Source: an uncultured Anaerolineales bacterium
Lineage (GTDB): Bacteria > Chloroflexota > Anaerolineae > Epilineales > Epilineaceae
NCBI GenBank assembly: GCA_964475075.1
Contig: CAYYVH010000001.1
Location: 1-60,611 of the forward strand
DNA: 60,611 nt
Reading direction: 5' to 3'
In this document: piece by piece, positions 34,201 to 42,501 of the stretch
Layout of the letters: the number at the start of each line of letters is the position of its first letter
Numbering within the stretch: position 1 is the first letter of the stretch
Notes under the pieces: generated by a model
Told to the model about the DNA's origin: nothing
Seen by the model: only the letters and a program-made list of their open reading frames with translations
Databases searched by the model: none
Translations under genes and position numbers: made by a program

Positions 34201-35162
34201 ACTGGATCTTCGATGTGTGGTACGAGGTGACGGTCAAGCAGAGCGCGTTCGGTTCGGCGGGCTTTGGCGCACCCACCATCGACCACGTGCACGCCAGTCC
34301 CAGCAAGACAGGCAACAACACCGAGCCGGTCGTACCTTCTGACTGCCCGACGCCGACGCCGACCGTCGGGGCACCGCCACCGGCACCCGACACGCCGACC
34401 GTCACTGCGACGTCTGGGTCGACGGCGACCGCCACGGCAACTCCGACGTCAACCCGTACGTCCACACCCACAGGGACGACGACTCCCACGGCGACGCCAG
34501 GCGGCAGCCGGGCGGTGCTGGACGCGTTCGATTGCTCGATAGTGGGCTCCTTCTGCTCCTTTGAGGACTACCTGGGAGACCTCGGTTTCGCCCAGGAGAC
34601 CCTCATCGACATCAGCGACGCACTGCCGAGCGTTGACTTCGACTGGAGTACAATCGACAGAGACGAGCACGGCAGTCCGTGGCTGGAGGCCGCGGTAAAC
34701 GCCCCGATCTGGTTCTGGATCGACGAGGGCTATGAGTACACGGAGTACCACCACGGCGACACGCAGCTGTTGATGCAACCCCTGGGCGAGTCGGCCTGGT
34801 GCCTCGGCGACGGTCCGCAGCCGGCGTTCAGCATCGAGGAAGGCTACGCCTTCGAGGTGCCCTTGGATGAGCTGGCGACCATCAACGTGGATGACCCCGT
34901 GATGGAGCTTCCATTGCCGCGGTTCGAGTATAGCAGCCTGGGCCAGCCATACCGTGTCCCGGTGGGTCCGAACAAGGACGTGGCGGCCTTCCAGGCGACG
35001 TTGGTGACGACCTGGCAGCTTTCGGGAACCATCGACGGCGTGCCCATCGATGTCCCCGTGCCGGTGTGCGACACGCAGTATATTTGGGTGCGGCAGATCC
35101 AGTCCATCCTCGCGCCGGACAAGTGGCACGAGCTCCCGGAGTGGTTCTGGTTCGGGCCGTAA
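31215..35162 (+). CDS. very large secreted vWA-domain protein with Thr/Pro linkers (putative Tad-associated adhesin)
   Basis: 1315 aa. GTG 31215; ATG 31224 and 31230 are alternatives. TM/signal segment. vWA with an intact MIDAS start (VLDISGSM..SGGTPTAKAL..VVVLVSDGVPT). Several TP-rich linkers separate domains I cannot assign. Confidence 0.8.
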   Translation: MNAMNMNPHTTQLRAGGYVVRLRLSLSAAMLAVFLIGLTAGTPLHAAAVPHEGAAAPGVTLRQVHQGEPQPCAVDVMYVLDISGSMAQEYPGPSNKLDAAKQAIVTMNAEIEALGTNSRVALVSFRGEGQGTGSPPLYPSYVNLVSGLTENFAIFNNKLMQLRASGGTPTAKALKTVADTFPGYLDDQENPNGNPRQPVVVLVSDGVPTINLSNHGFQDAYVQEVSLFNDDGQFLSPDVVRTAGRYFPQYSEYAGDPLADTMEQAAYLKSAMPDAVVYSVAVQSVADGIFNDDVLRYVADVGGGFFFFANDASSLTDKLANILDLACGVPTATPTPTDTPIPSPTATQGASPTVPSAPTECELYPIAIDADVLVGAEPGDVIYDMLNGVGSDKFGWLTWTGGTSTAALCESLAPPGNYESYVNPYDPNDHVISIRDWVRGRKGVSASSCVRSVLNVLQTMDIGVVLWDRANGGGNRSRYRVAGLAQVRIVDFYLWGRDRLSIRYLGPVDEGTDYCLPAPTPTETSEPEPTDTPGSGGGETGTPVPTAMPTATPTNTLYPTSSPYPTNTPYPTNTPYPPQTRVPCPPTPPPLLGGSDHDPSDRGSGGGARGLVARMGQFLARLLGRSDSVAESAPESDVPEGSGSGSLAGWCVSFEGMTDLGDESEWAYTVEPCPDDPPTRDLSHWDLNLSPDEHSVTTASPDGWQVGVNPRSGFYGIKWDYRLRKYGQGHTFTFRLSGVWEVTEKPVHVKAGRRNAFGTIDGPSAVQVVTPTPELTATPTDTPTLAPTPTESTRSAAPTYTPRPTYTPAPTLTRAPTCVPAYTPTPEAPPSASVTPGPGGEGDACWRGTTNPEVGVGAWWRLNADDTVTVRITFSRGFVDNTYGANAVGWENSKKGVHTFRDLYKSDHVILGLTDANGVVRMEVKTDYLTGDSSVPSGYRSMGVWGGDGRMISGNIADVVSATSSMDMNFNTYGYVLTTDSPATDSGYTPNPAYPNWIFDVWYEVTVKQSAFGSAGFGAPTIDHVHASPSKTGNNTEPVVPSDCPTPTPTVGAPPPAPDTPTVTATSGSTATATATPTSTRTSTPTGTTTPTATPGGSRAVLDAFDCSIVGSFCSFEDYLGDLGFAQETLIDISDALPSVDFDWSTIDRDEHGSPWLEAAVNAPIWFWIDEGYEYTEYHHGDTQLLMQPLGESAWCLGDGPQPAFSIEEGYAFEVPLDELATINVDDPVMELPLPRFEYSSLGQPYRVPVGPNKDVAAFQATLVTTWQLSGTIDGVPIDVPVPVCDTQYIWVRQIQSILAPDKWHELPEWFWFGP
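32883..32948 (+). repeat. in-frame 18-bp tandem repeat (about 3.5 units) encoding (L/P)YPT(S/N)(S/T)
   Basis: CTGTACCCGACGAGTTCG / CCGTACCCGACGAACACG / CCATACCCGACGAACACG / CCGTATCCCCCG, within a linker of the vWA protein. Confidence 0.7.
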
Positions 35163-35299
35163 GCTACTAGGGATGACCGCGGAAGAGACGTCGGGTCGGC
35201 AGACGGCTCGGGGGGAGGGTCGGTGCGCGATCCATGGGTGCGGGAAGGCGTAGTCCGGCTCCCCTTTCCCTTGGTTTGGCGTTGCCCTAAACTTGCACC

Positions 35300-36463
35300 G
35301 TGAGGGTGGGGATCGAGCAGCGCATCAGGGCGCGGGCCCACGCGCTCGGCTTCGAACTCGTCGGGCTCTGTAGCCCCGATCCGGCTCCACGGGACGTTGC
35401 GGCGTACCGCGCGTGGGTCGCCGCCGGCCTGGCCGGAGAGATGGGCTACATGGCCCGGCCGGATCGCGTGGCCAGAGTGGTTGACCCGCGGGGGGTGCTC
35501 GACGGGGTGCGGAGCATCATCGTCGTCGGCAAGTACTACTTCACGGCGCGTCTGCCGCCCGAAGCACGAGGGGATCCGTCCCGCGGGCTGATAGCCTCCT
35601 ACGCATGGGGCCGCGATTACCACGACGTGATGGCGCCGCGCCTCCGCGCGTTGGGCGAGCATCTGGCCAAGGAACTCGGGCGCGCCGTCTCGGCGCGCGA
35701 ATACGTGGACACCGGACCTATCCTGGAGCGGGAGGCGGCGGTGCGGGCCGGGCTGGGATTCGTCGGCAACAACACCATGCTCATCCACCCCCGGCGGGGC
35801 TCCTGGCTCTTCCTGGGGGAGCTCCTGGTGGATGCCGAGCTGGAGTGGGTGGCGGCGGATCGGCGCGGAACCTGCGGGCGGTGCGTGCGCTGCCTGGTCG
35901 CCTGCCCGACGGACGCCTTTCCCGAGCCACGGGTCCTCGACGCACGGCGCTGCATCAGCTACCTGACGATCGAGCTCAAAGGCGCCATACCGCGCGACCT
36001 ACGGTCACTCGTGGGGAATCGTATCTTCGGCTGCGACGTATGCAGCCAGGTCTGCCCGTACAACCGCCAGCATGCGCAACCTACCGGCGACCCCGAAATG
36101 AGCCCGAACCCGAACCAGGACCAGGCGGCACCGCGGCTGCTGGACTTGATCGGGCTTGATGACGCCACGTTCCGGGCTAGGTTCCGGGGCACGGCGATCG
36201 CACGACCGCGGCGGCGTGGGTTTCTGCGCAACGTGTGCGTGGCGTTGGGAAACTGGGGGTCACCGGAAGCCGCGACCGGGCTAGGGGAGGCGCTGAGGGA
36301 CCGCGAGCCCCTCATCCGTGGGCACGCGGCGTGGGCGCTCGGTCAGGTAGGCTCGCGTTCGGCGAGGGCGGCCTTGGCCGCGGTTAGGGCGCGCGAGCCC
36401 GATGCCTGGGTACGCGAGGAGATCGAGTTGGCCCTCGATGCCTCAGACGCCCCGACCGGGTGA
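35300..36463 (+). CDS. queG: epoxyqueuosine reductase
   Basis: 387 aa (GTG start). GEMGYMARP, two ferredoxin motifs CGRCVRCLVACP and CDVCSQVCPYN, CISYLTIE, C-terminal HEAT-like repeat. Confidence 0.9.
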   Translation: MRVGIEQRIRARAHALGFELVGLCSPDPAPRDVAAYRAWVAAGLAGEMGYMARPDRVARVVDPRGVLDGVRSIIVVGKYYFTARLPPEARGDPSRGLIASYAWGRDYHDVMAPRLRALGEHLAKELGRAVSAREYVDTGPILEREAAVRAGLGFVGNNTMLIHPRRGSWLFLGELLVDAELEWVAADRRGTCGRCVRCLVACPTDAFPEPRVLDARRCISYLTIELKGAIPRDLRSLVGNRIFGCDVCSQVCPYNRQHAQPTGDPEMSPNPNQDQAAPRLLDLIGLDDATFRARFRGTAIARPRRRGFLRNVCVALGNWGSPEAATGLGEALRDREPLIRGHAAWALGQVGSRSARAALAAVRAREPDAWVREEIELALDASDAPTG

Positions 36464-37258
36464 ACCCGAGTCCGTGGCGGCTGGTTCGGCTCGGCGAGTC
36501 AGCGCCTCGAGCAGAGCCAGCTCACCGCGCAGGCTCTGCGGGAACACGGCCGGCACGCGATCCCTGTATTCGCGGTATTCGTCGCCAAAGCGCTCGATGA
36601 GCTCTTCCTCTTCCAGCTCGTACCAGACCGGGTGCCAGACGAAGACGAAGACCACCGCCAGCAGCATGGCATAGGCCGAGCCATTCCAAAGGCCGAAGGC
36701 CAGTGCCAGGCGGTCGAGCCCGGAGTAGAGGGGGTGCCGCAGCAGCTCGTAGACGGACCACGACAGCCGCTTGCCCTCGTCGGGGTAGTAGTTGTACAGC
36801 AACGCCAGGGTGTCGATGCCGGCCACCCGGATCGTCCGCGCCAGCAGGAGCAATCCGGTAACGACCAGGTAGACGGCTAATGCGCCGGCCACCAATCGGG
36901 GAACGAGTCGAATGTAGTCCGCCTCCGGCACGGCACCGCCGTTGAAGAGGATATAGAACAGGCTACCGAGCACCAGCCCGCCCGCCACCAAGAACCGGTT
37001 GAAGAAAGCCACGCTGTAAGCTAGGCTGAAGCGCCGGGTGCCGAAGACGGATTGGCTGATCAGCCAGTGTGCAGCGCCGAAGACCGCAAGCTGCAAAACG
37101 AAGGCACCGAAGGGGCTCTTACCCTCGACGTACAGAAGCAACCACAGCACGACGGCAAGTGCCCCCAAGACCGTCACCACCGCCCGGAAAAAACCGCGCG
37201 GCGTTGTCAGCTCCGGGACCCTCTCGGTGAGAACCGGGATACCAGGAATCAGGGCCAT
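36443..37258 (-). CDS. ICMT/PEMT-family membrane methyltransferase
   Basis: 271 aa from ATG 37258. Polytopic. C-terminal catalytic region with LLRHPLYSG and ..EEEELIERFGDEYREYRDRVP. The 3-prime end overlaps queG convergently by 21 nt. Confidence 0.75.
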   Translation of the reverse strand: MALIPGIPVLTERVPELTTPRGFFRAVVTVLGALAVVLWLLLYVEGKSPFGAFVLQLAVFGAAHWLISQSVFGTRRFSLAYSVAFFNRFLVAGGLVLGSLFYILFNGGAVPEADYIRLVPRLVAGALAVYLVVTGLLLLARTIRVAGIDTLALLYNYYPDEGKRLSWSVYELLRHPLYSGLDRLALAFGLWNGSAYAMLLAVVFVFVWHPVWYELEEEELIERFGDEYREYRDRVPAVFPQSLRGELALLEALTRRAEPAATDSGSPGRGV

Positions 37259-37470
37259 GATGTTCCTCGTTGTGATTGTCGTAGGGCTTGAGCGGTGGGG
37301 CCGCAGGCGACCGCGCATCCAAGTGGCGAGCCCGTCGCATAGCACTTTTGGCGTGCACGGCCGGGCCGCCGAGGGCAGACTCTATGTCAAGGGCGCGGCG
37401 ATGTCAAGTGAGCGCGCGCGGGCCGGGTGACCCACGCGCCGTCGATCCGGTGAGTCTCGCCCGAATGACG

Positions 37471-37911
37471 TCAGCCGAGGAGCAATGCGGCGAGACCGCC
37501 GAGTGCCAGGAACGGACCGAAGGGGATCCGTGAGCGCCGCGCCATCCGCTTCGTCGCAAGTCCCACCAGCACGACGACGGAGGCGGCCAGTCCGGTCAGA
37601 AAGAGCGCGCCCAATATACCCTCGATTCCCAGCATCGCGCCCACGAACGCGGCCAGTTTGACATCGCCCCCGCCGGCTGACGCCCGGCCGTAGAGGAACA
37701 TCGGCACTACGAAGGCCACTGCGCCCACTGCTGCACCGACGAGGGCACTGGCGCCCACTCCAAGTGAGAGGGCCACGATCAGTGCCACACTTGTCGCCGG
37801 AATGGTGAGCGCGTTCGGGATGCGCCGCGCGCGCAGGTCGGTCCAGGCCGCTGCAAGGAGGACGGCGGCGTAGAACACGACCAGCACGCTTGGAGGATTT
37901 TCCGTTACCAT
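37471..37911 (-). CDS. cpaA: A24-family prepilin peptidase (CpaA/TadV type)
   Basis: 146 aa. AAWTDLRARRIPN and GGGDVKLAAFVGAMLG carry the two catalytic Asp motifs. The start shares 1 nt with the stop of the upstream kinase gene (TAATG). Confidence 0.85.
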   Translation of the reverse strand: MVTENPPSVLVVFYAAVLLAAAWTDLRARRIPNALTIPATSVALIVALSLGVGASALVGAAVGAVAFVVPMFLYGRASAGGGDVKLAAFVGAMLGIEGILGALFLTGLAASVVVLVGLATKRMARRSRIPFGPFLALGGLAALLLG

Positions 37912-40900
37912 TATTCCGACAACTCTGTCAGCCCGTCGGGCAACTCAGTTGCTGCCCCGTCCGGCAGGGCCGCGATGCCGTCCAGTGGCCGAGTGTCATC
38001 GGCCGCCACATCCAGGAAGGGCGCCGGTCCTTCTGTCCATCCCCCGTACGCCGTATCCAGGTCGTTGTCCGATCGCGGCCAGATTCCGAACCGCGCACGG
38101 AGGGCGTGTGCCAGGCGGGAGAACGGACCGCGTCGGCGGAATTGTTCGTCCTGGACGGCCGTGTGGAACGCGGCGGCCAGGATTCCCGCCTCGCCACAGC
38201 GCGCCTCGGGGTCGGGATCGAGGGCGCTTTGGAGGACGGTGGCGTAGGCTGGGGGCAGCTCACCTGCGGCGCCGGCTCGCCCGGTGAGGGCGGCGACGGC
38301 GAGGGCTCCCAGGCTATAGACGTCGGCGCGAGGTGAGATCTCCTCGCCGGCGATGAGCTCCGGCGCGGCGTAGAACGGCGTACCAGTCCGGGGGCCGTCG
38401 GGATCGTCGCCGAGGCGGCGGGCGATGCCGAAGTCGCACAGCTTGACCTGGCCGTTGGCTCCCAGGAGGACGTTGCCGGGCTTGACGTCGCCGTGGATCA
38501 CGCCATGGGCGTGGGCGGCGTCGAGCGCGTCGGCGACGCCGTCCAGGATCGGCGCCAGCTCCTCGTCGGAGAGCGGGCCGTGCTCCCGTATGAAGTCGGC
38601 CAGGCTCTGGCCATCCACGTGCTCCATGACGATGGCAGCCTGCCCATTGAAGCTGGCGATCTCGTGGATTACGACCACGTTGGGATGATTGAGTCTTGCA
38701 GCCAGGGCCTCTCGCTGGAGCCGTTCGACGGCGGCGGAGCCCTCGAAGGCTGGTCCGGCGAGGATCTTGACGGCAACCGGGCGGTACAGGTTGACGTCAC
38801 GGGCGAGGTAGACCTCGCCCAAGCCGCCCCGCCCTAGGGGGGCCTCGAAGCGGTACTTGCCCCAGCTGGTACCGACTAGGGGGAACGGAGCGGGTCCCTG
38901 CCGGCCCGGGTCCGAATGGGTGGCTGAGGCCCACTCGGCCGAGGCGAGGGTTGCCGTCTCCGGTTCGACGAACGGATCGTCGCCGTCCCTTGTGTCCTCA
39001 TCGATGCCCTGGGCTGGCGCGGGTTCGTCCGCGACGTGCCCCGCTGCGATGACCGCGTCTGCACTCGGCGTCTCGCGTGCCTCACGCCGCCGAGCGGCCA
39101 GATCGTTGATCCGCGCGCGGAGGGCGTGTGCCAAGCGGGAGAACGGACTGCGTCGGCGGAATTGCTCGTTCTGGACGGCCGTGTGGAAAGCGGCGGCCAG
39201 GATTCCCGCCTCGCCACAGCGCGCCCCGGGGTCGGGATCGAGGGCGCTCTGGAGGACGGTGGCATAGGCTGGGGGCAGTTTACCGGCGGCGTCGGCTCGC
39301 CCGGTGAGGGCGGCGACGGCGAGGGCTCCCAGGCTGTAGACGTCGGCGCGAGGCGAGATCTCGTCGCCGGCGATCAGCTCCGGCGCGGTGTAGAACGGCG
39401 TACCGGCCCGCGGACCGTCGGGATCGTCGCCGAGGCGGCGGGCGATCCCGAAGTCGCACAGCTTGACCTGGCCGTTGGCGCCCAGGAGGACGTTGCCGGG
39501 TTTGACATCGCCGTGGATTACGCCCTGGGCATGGGCGGCGTCGAGCGCATCGGCGATACCGTCCAGGATCGGCGCCAGCTCCTCGTCGGAGAGCGGGCCG
39601 TGCTCCCGGATGAAGTCGGCCAGGTTCTGGCCCTCCACAAGCTCCATCACGATGGCGGCATGCCCTTCGAGGCTGGCGATCTCGTGGATGATTACGACGT
39701 TGGGGTGGCTCAGCCCCGCAGCCAGGGCCTCTCGCCGGAGCCGTTCGACGGCGGCGGAGCCCTCGAAGGCTGGTCCGGCGAGGATCTTGACGGCAACCGG
39801 TCGTTCCAGGTCGAGGTCTGAAGCGCGGTAGACCTCACCCAGGCCGCCCCGCCCGAGGGGGGCCTCGAGGCGGTACTTGCCCCAGGTGGTGCCGACGAGG
39901 GCGAAGGGCGCGGGTCCCTGCTGACCGGGCTCTGGACGTACGGCTGAGGCCCACTCGGCCGACCCGAGGGGTGCTGTCTCCGGCTCGATGAACGGACCGT
40001 CCCCGTCCCTCGTGTCCGCATCGATGTCCTGGACTGGCGCGGGCTCGTCGGCGACGTGCCCCGCCGTGATGGCCTCGTCCGCACTCGGCGCCTCTCGTGC
40101 CTCACGCCGCCGGGCGGCGATCGCCGCCAGATGCTCACGCAACTCCGTGCTCCGGCCCAAGAGGGTGCCGCGCACCCGAGGGATGACCGGCGGCACCGTT
40201 GGATGCCGCAAGCGGTCTCGTGCCGCCTCGCGTGCAGCCCGGACTGTTAGGCGCAACTGCGCCAGCATCTCTCCCTGCCCCACAGCTACGTGCTCAAGCC
40301 GCCCTGTACGCCATAGACCCAAATAGGCCAGGGCAGCAGCGGAAGCTACGAACACGAGTCCCAGGAGCCAGGGTGACGGGACGAAACCGCCCGCCAAAGT
40401 GCTCGAAATTGCCCCGGTCTCTCGGCCGCCTCCCCCTCCCTGGGCCACGGCGGCAGCGGCGGGCTCGATTGCGCTGGCGAAGGTCGTTTGACCCCGAACC
40501 GCGCCCACATCGGTGAGCCCGGCCAGCTTCAGGGTGTGGGTGCCCGGCCCGAGCGGCGCACGGAACGTCACGCGCCTGGATGCCGCAACCCGGGTGACAA
40601 TCGCCTGGGCGATCGGATCGACGTCGTCGGCCGGGACGACGGCCCAGTAGCCGCCACCGGTGCTCTCCGCCAGCCGGCGCAACTCGGTCGCGTCTTCACT
40701 TCCCTGGCGGCCGAGGTGGACCACGAGGACCTGTGTATCCGTCGCACGGGCCGACCGGATGACATCGTCGACGGTCCGGTTACGGCAGTTAGACGCCTCG
40801 ATCTGGGGGCCGCTGGTCAGGAGCACTACGGCCCGTGCCGGCAGTGGCGATCGAGCTGCCTCGTCCACGCCGGCGCTCGCACCCCGCCAGGTACAGCGTG

Positions 40901-41441
40901 GGCCGCCCAGGGTGAGGGGCAGGTCCTGGCTGCTGAGCCGCGTTGGGAAGTCGGCGAAGGAGTGGATGCGTTCCGGGCCGCGGCCGAAGCTCACCACGGC
41001 CACTCGGTCCACGCGGGGCCTCACGTGGCGGGCGATGGCCCGCACGGCCGCATTGGCCAATGCGACCTGGCCCGGCTGTTCCATGGCCGCGCTCCGGTCC
41101 ACGACCAGCACCACGGCGGCGCCAGCCGGCGCAATCCGCACTGCCTGCGCCTCGACGGCCTGCTCGCCCACTGCTACGGCACTGAGGCTCAGCTCCGTGC
41201 CCCGATCGGGGCGCACAACGGTTGACACAACCGCCTTGCCGTCGGCGGCCGCCAGCGTCCGTACCGGCCCGACGTGCAGTGTGTCTGCCAATTGGCCGCT
41301 GGGCATCTGTGCGGGAACGTCCGTCGGAGTGCCCGTGCATGCGGTTGCCGCCAACACGGTGGCAACTGTGAGCCCGGCGATAATGGGCGGATAGCGCGAC
41401 CAATTCACAGTCTCATAGCTCACTTGGCTGTGGCTCTCCAT
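37911..41441 (-). CDS. lipoprotein-type vWA-like ectodomain, TM helix, and two tandem Ser/Thr protein kinase domains
   Basis: 1176 aa. Lipobox LAATAC. vWA-like region (VVLVVDRSAAM..VVLLTSGP). TM helix PWLLGLVFVASAAALAYLGLW. Each kinase unit has LGRGGLGEVY, VAVKIL, VIHGDVKPGNVLL (non-RD), CDFGIA, GTPFYxAPE. Confidence 0.85.
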   Translation of the reverse strand: MESHSQVSYETVNWSRYPPIIAGLTVATVLAATACTGTPTDVPAQMPSGQLADTLHVGPVRTLAAADGKAVVSTVVRPDRGTELSLSAVAVGEQAVEAQAVRIAPAGAAVVLVVDRSAAMEQPGQVALANAAVRAIARHVRPRVDRVAVVSFGRGPERIHSFADFPTRLSSQDLPLTLGGPRCTWRGASAGVDEAARSPLPARAVVLLTSGPQIEASNCRNRTVDDVIRSARATDTQVLVVHLGRQGSEDATELRRLAESTGGGYWAVVPADDVDPIAQAIVTRVAASRRVTFRAPLGPGTHTLKLAGLTDVGAVRGQTTFASAIEPAAAAVAQGGGGGRETGAISSTLAGGFVPSPWLLGLVFVASAAALAYLGLWRTGRLEHVAVGQGEMLAQLRLTVRAAREAARDRLRHPTVPPVIPRVRGTLLGRSTELREHLAAIAARRREAREAPSADEAITAGHVADEPAPVQDIDADTRDGDGPFIEPETAPLGSAEWASAVRPEPGQQGPAPFALVGTTWGKYRLEAPLGRGGLGEVYRASDLDLERPVAVKILAGPAFEGSAAVERLRREALAAGLSHPNVVIIHEIASLEGHAAIVMELVEGQNLADFIREHGPLSDEELAPILDGIADALDAAHAQGVIHGDVKPGNVLLGANGQVKLCDFGIARRLGDDPDGPRAGTPFYTAPELIAGDEISPRADVYSLGALAVAALTGRADAAGKLPPAYATVLQSALDPDPGARCGEAGILAAAFHTAVQNEQFRRRSPFSRLAHALRARINDLAARRREARETPSADAVIAAGHVADEPAPAQGIDEDTRDGDDPFVEPETATLASAEWASATHSDPGRQGPAPFPLVGTSWGKYRFEAPLGRGGLGEVYLARDVNLYRPVAVKILAGPAFEGSAAVERLQREALAARLNHPNVVVIHEIASFNGQAAIVMEHVDGQSLADFIREHGPLSDEELAPILDGVADALDAAHAHGVIHGDVKPGNVLLGANGQVKLCDFGIARRLGDDPDGPRTGTPFYAAPELIAGEEISPRADVYSLGALAVAALTGRAGAAGELPPAYATVLQSALDPDPEARCGEAGILAAAFHTAVQDEQFRRRGPFSRLAHALRARFGIWPRSDNDLDTAYGGWTEGPAPFLDVAADDTRPLDGIAALPDGAATELPDGLTELSE
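38075..40118. repeat. direct tandem duplication, 2 x about 1020 bp, inside the kinase gene
   Basis: Segments starting at 38091 and 39111 align at a 1020-nt (340-codon) offset. I counted about 16 mismatches in the first 300 nt aligned by eye. Similarity ends near 38075 and 40118. Confidence 0.85.
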
Positions 41442-41699
41442 CCGAGAAAGCTAATGGCTCCGTATTGACTTGACCGTGGCATCACGCCCGCCACGCGGCA
41501 CGGGGTACCTTCCGCGATCCGTCGGTTGGACGGCGGCGCACAGAGTGCATCCCAGTGCCGCTGGGGGCGCACTCCAACGCATGTATCCTACGCACAACAA
41601 GGCGCGAAAAGCGTTAAGATGCCTTTAATTCGGCGCAGGTTGGCCTGCGGCCGGCGAATCGCCTATACTGCGAACGGATTGGAGTTGGAGGGCAAGAAC

Positions 41700-42494
41700 T
41701 TGCGCTGCCCGATCATAGCCGGCAACTGGAAAATGCACAAGACCTTGGTGGAGGCGCGTGTGCTGGCCGAGGCCGTTGCCGCCTCCGTGGGAAACCTCAC
41801 CGACGTGGAGGTCGTGTTGGCGCCGCCCTTCACCGCGCTGGCGGCGGTGGCCCAAGCGGTGAGCGATTCTCGCATTGCGGTGGGTGCCCAGGATCTGCAT
41901 TGGCCGGACGAAGGTGCCTTCACCGGGGCGATTAGCCCGGTCATGGTGAGGGAGTTGGCCAGCCACGTCATCTTGGGCCACTCGGAGCGAAGGTGCCACT
42001 TCGGTGAGACCGACGCCGACGTCAACCGCAAGGTCCACGCGGCGCTGGCGCACGGTCTGGTGCCGATCATCTGTGTGGGCGAGACCGAGGCCGAGCGCGA
42101 TGCGGGGCGAACGGACGCAGTGGTGCCCCGTCAACTCAACGCGGCGTTGGAGGGCGTGGCCGTCGACGAGGTTGCCCGGGCGGTGGTGGCATACGAGCCG
42201 GTCTGGGCGATCGGCACGGGGCGGTCCTGCGATCCGCGCGAGGCCGAGCGCGTGGCCTCACTGATCCGGCACGTGTTGGGGGATGCGTTCGACGTCCCGT
42301 CGGCTGCGGCTGCGCGCGTGTTGTACGGCGGCTCGGTGAACCCTGGTAACATCGAGGGCTACGTATGCGCCGAGGCGATCGATGGTGCCCTGGTGGGTGG
42401 GGCCTCGCTCGCGGCGGCACGCTTCGAGGCGCTCGTGCATCGCGCCAGGGGGGTGTACGTTCGGCAACCGACGATGGGTGTCCATTGGGGCTGA
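41700..42494 (+). CDS. tpiA: triose-phosphate isomerase
   Basis: 264 aa from TTG 41700 (RBS GGAGGG). IIAGNWKMHK, ILGHSERR, ICVGE, AYEPVWAIGTG, YGGSV. Confidence 0.9.
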   Translation: MRCPIIAGNWKMHKTLVEARVLAEAVAASVGNLTDVEVVLAPPFTALAAVAQAVSDSRIAVGAQDLHWPDEGAFTGAISPVMVRELASHVILGHSERRCHFGETDADVNRKVHAALAHGLVPIICVGETEAERDAGRTDAVVPRQLNAALEGVAVDEVARAVVAYEPVWAIGTGRSCDPREAERVASLIRHVLGDAFDVPSAAAARVLYGGSVNPGNIEGYVCAEAIDGALVGGASLAAARFEALVHRARGVYVRQPTMGVHWG

Positions 42495-42501
42495 GGGGGA
42501 G

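Noticed and set aside
32200-34520. Thr/Pro-rich repetitive DNA in the vWA gene (and in the anti-sigma gene, 19065-19400) as independent repeat or mobile elements
   Set aside because: The repeats are in-frame, low-complexity linker-coding sequence. There are no terminal repeats, and there are no transposase or integrase genes anywhere in the window.
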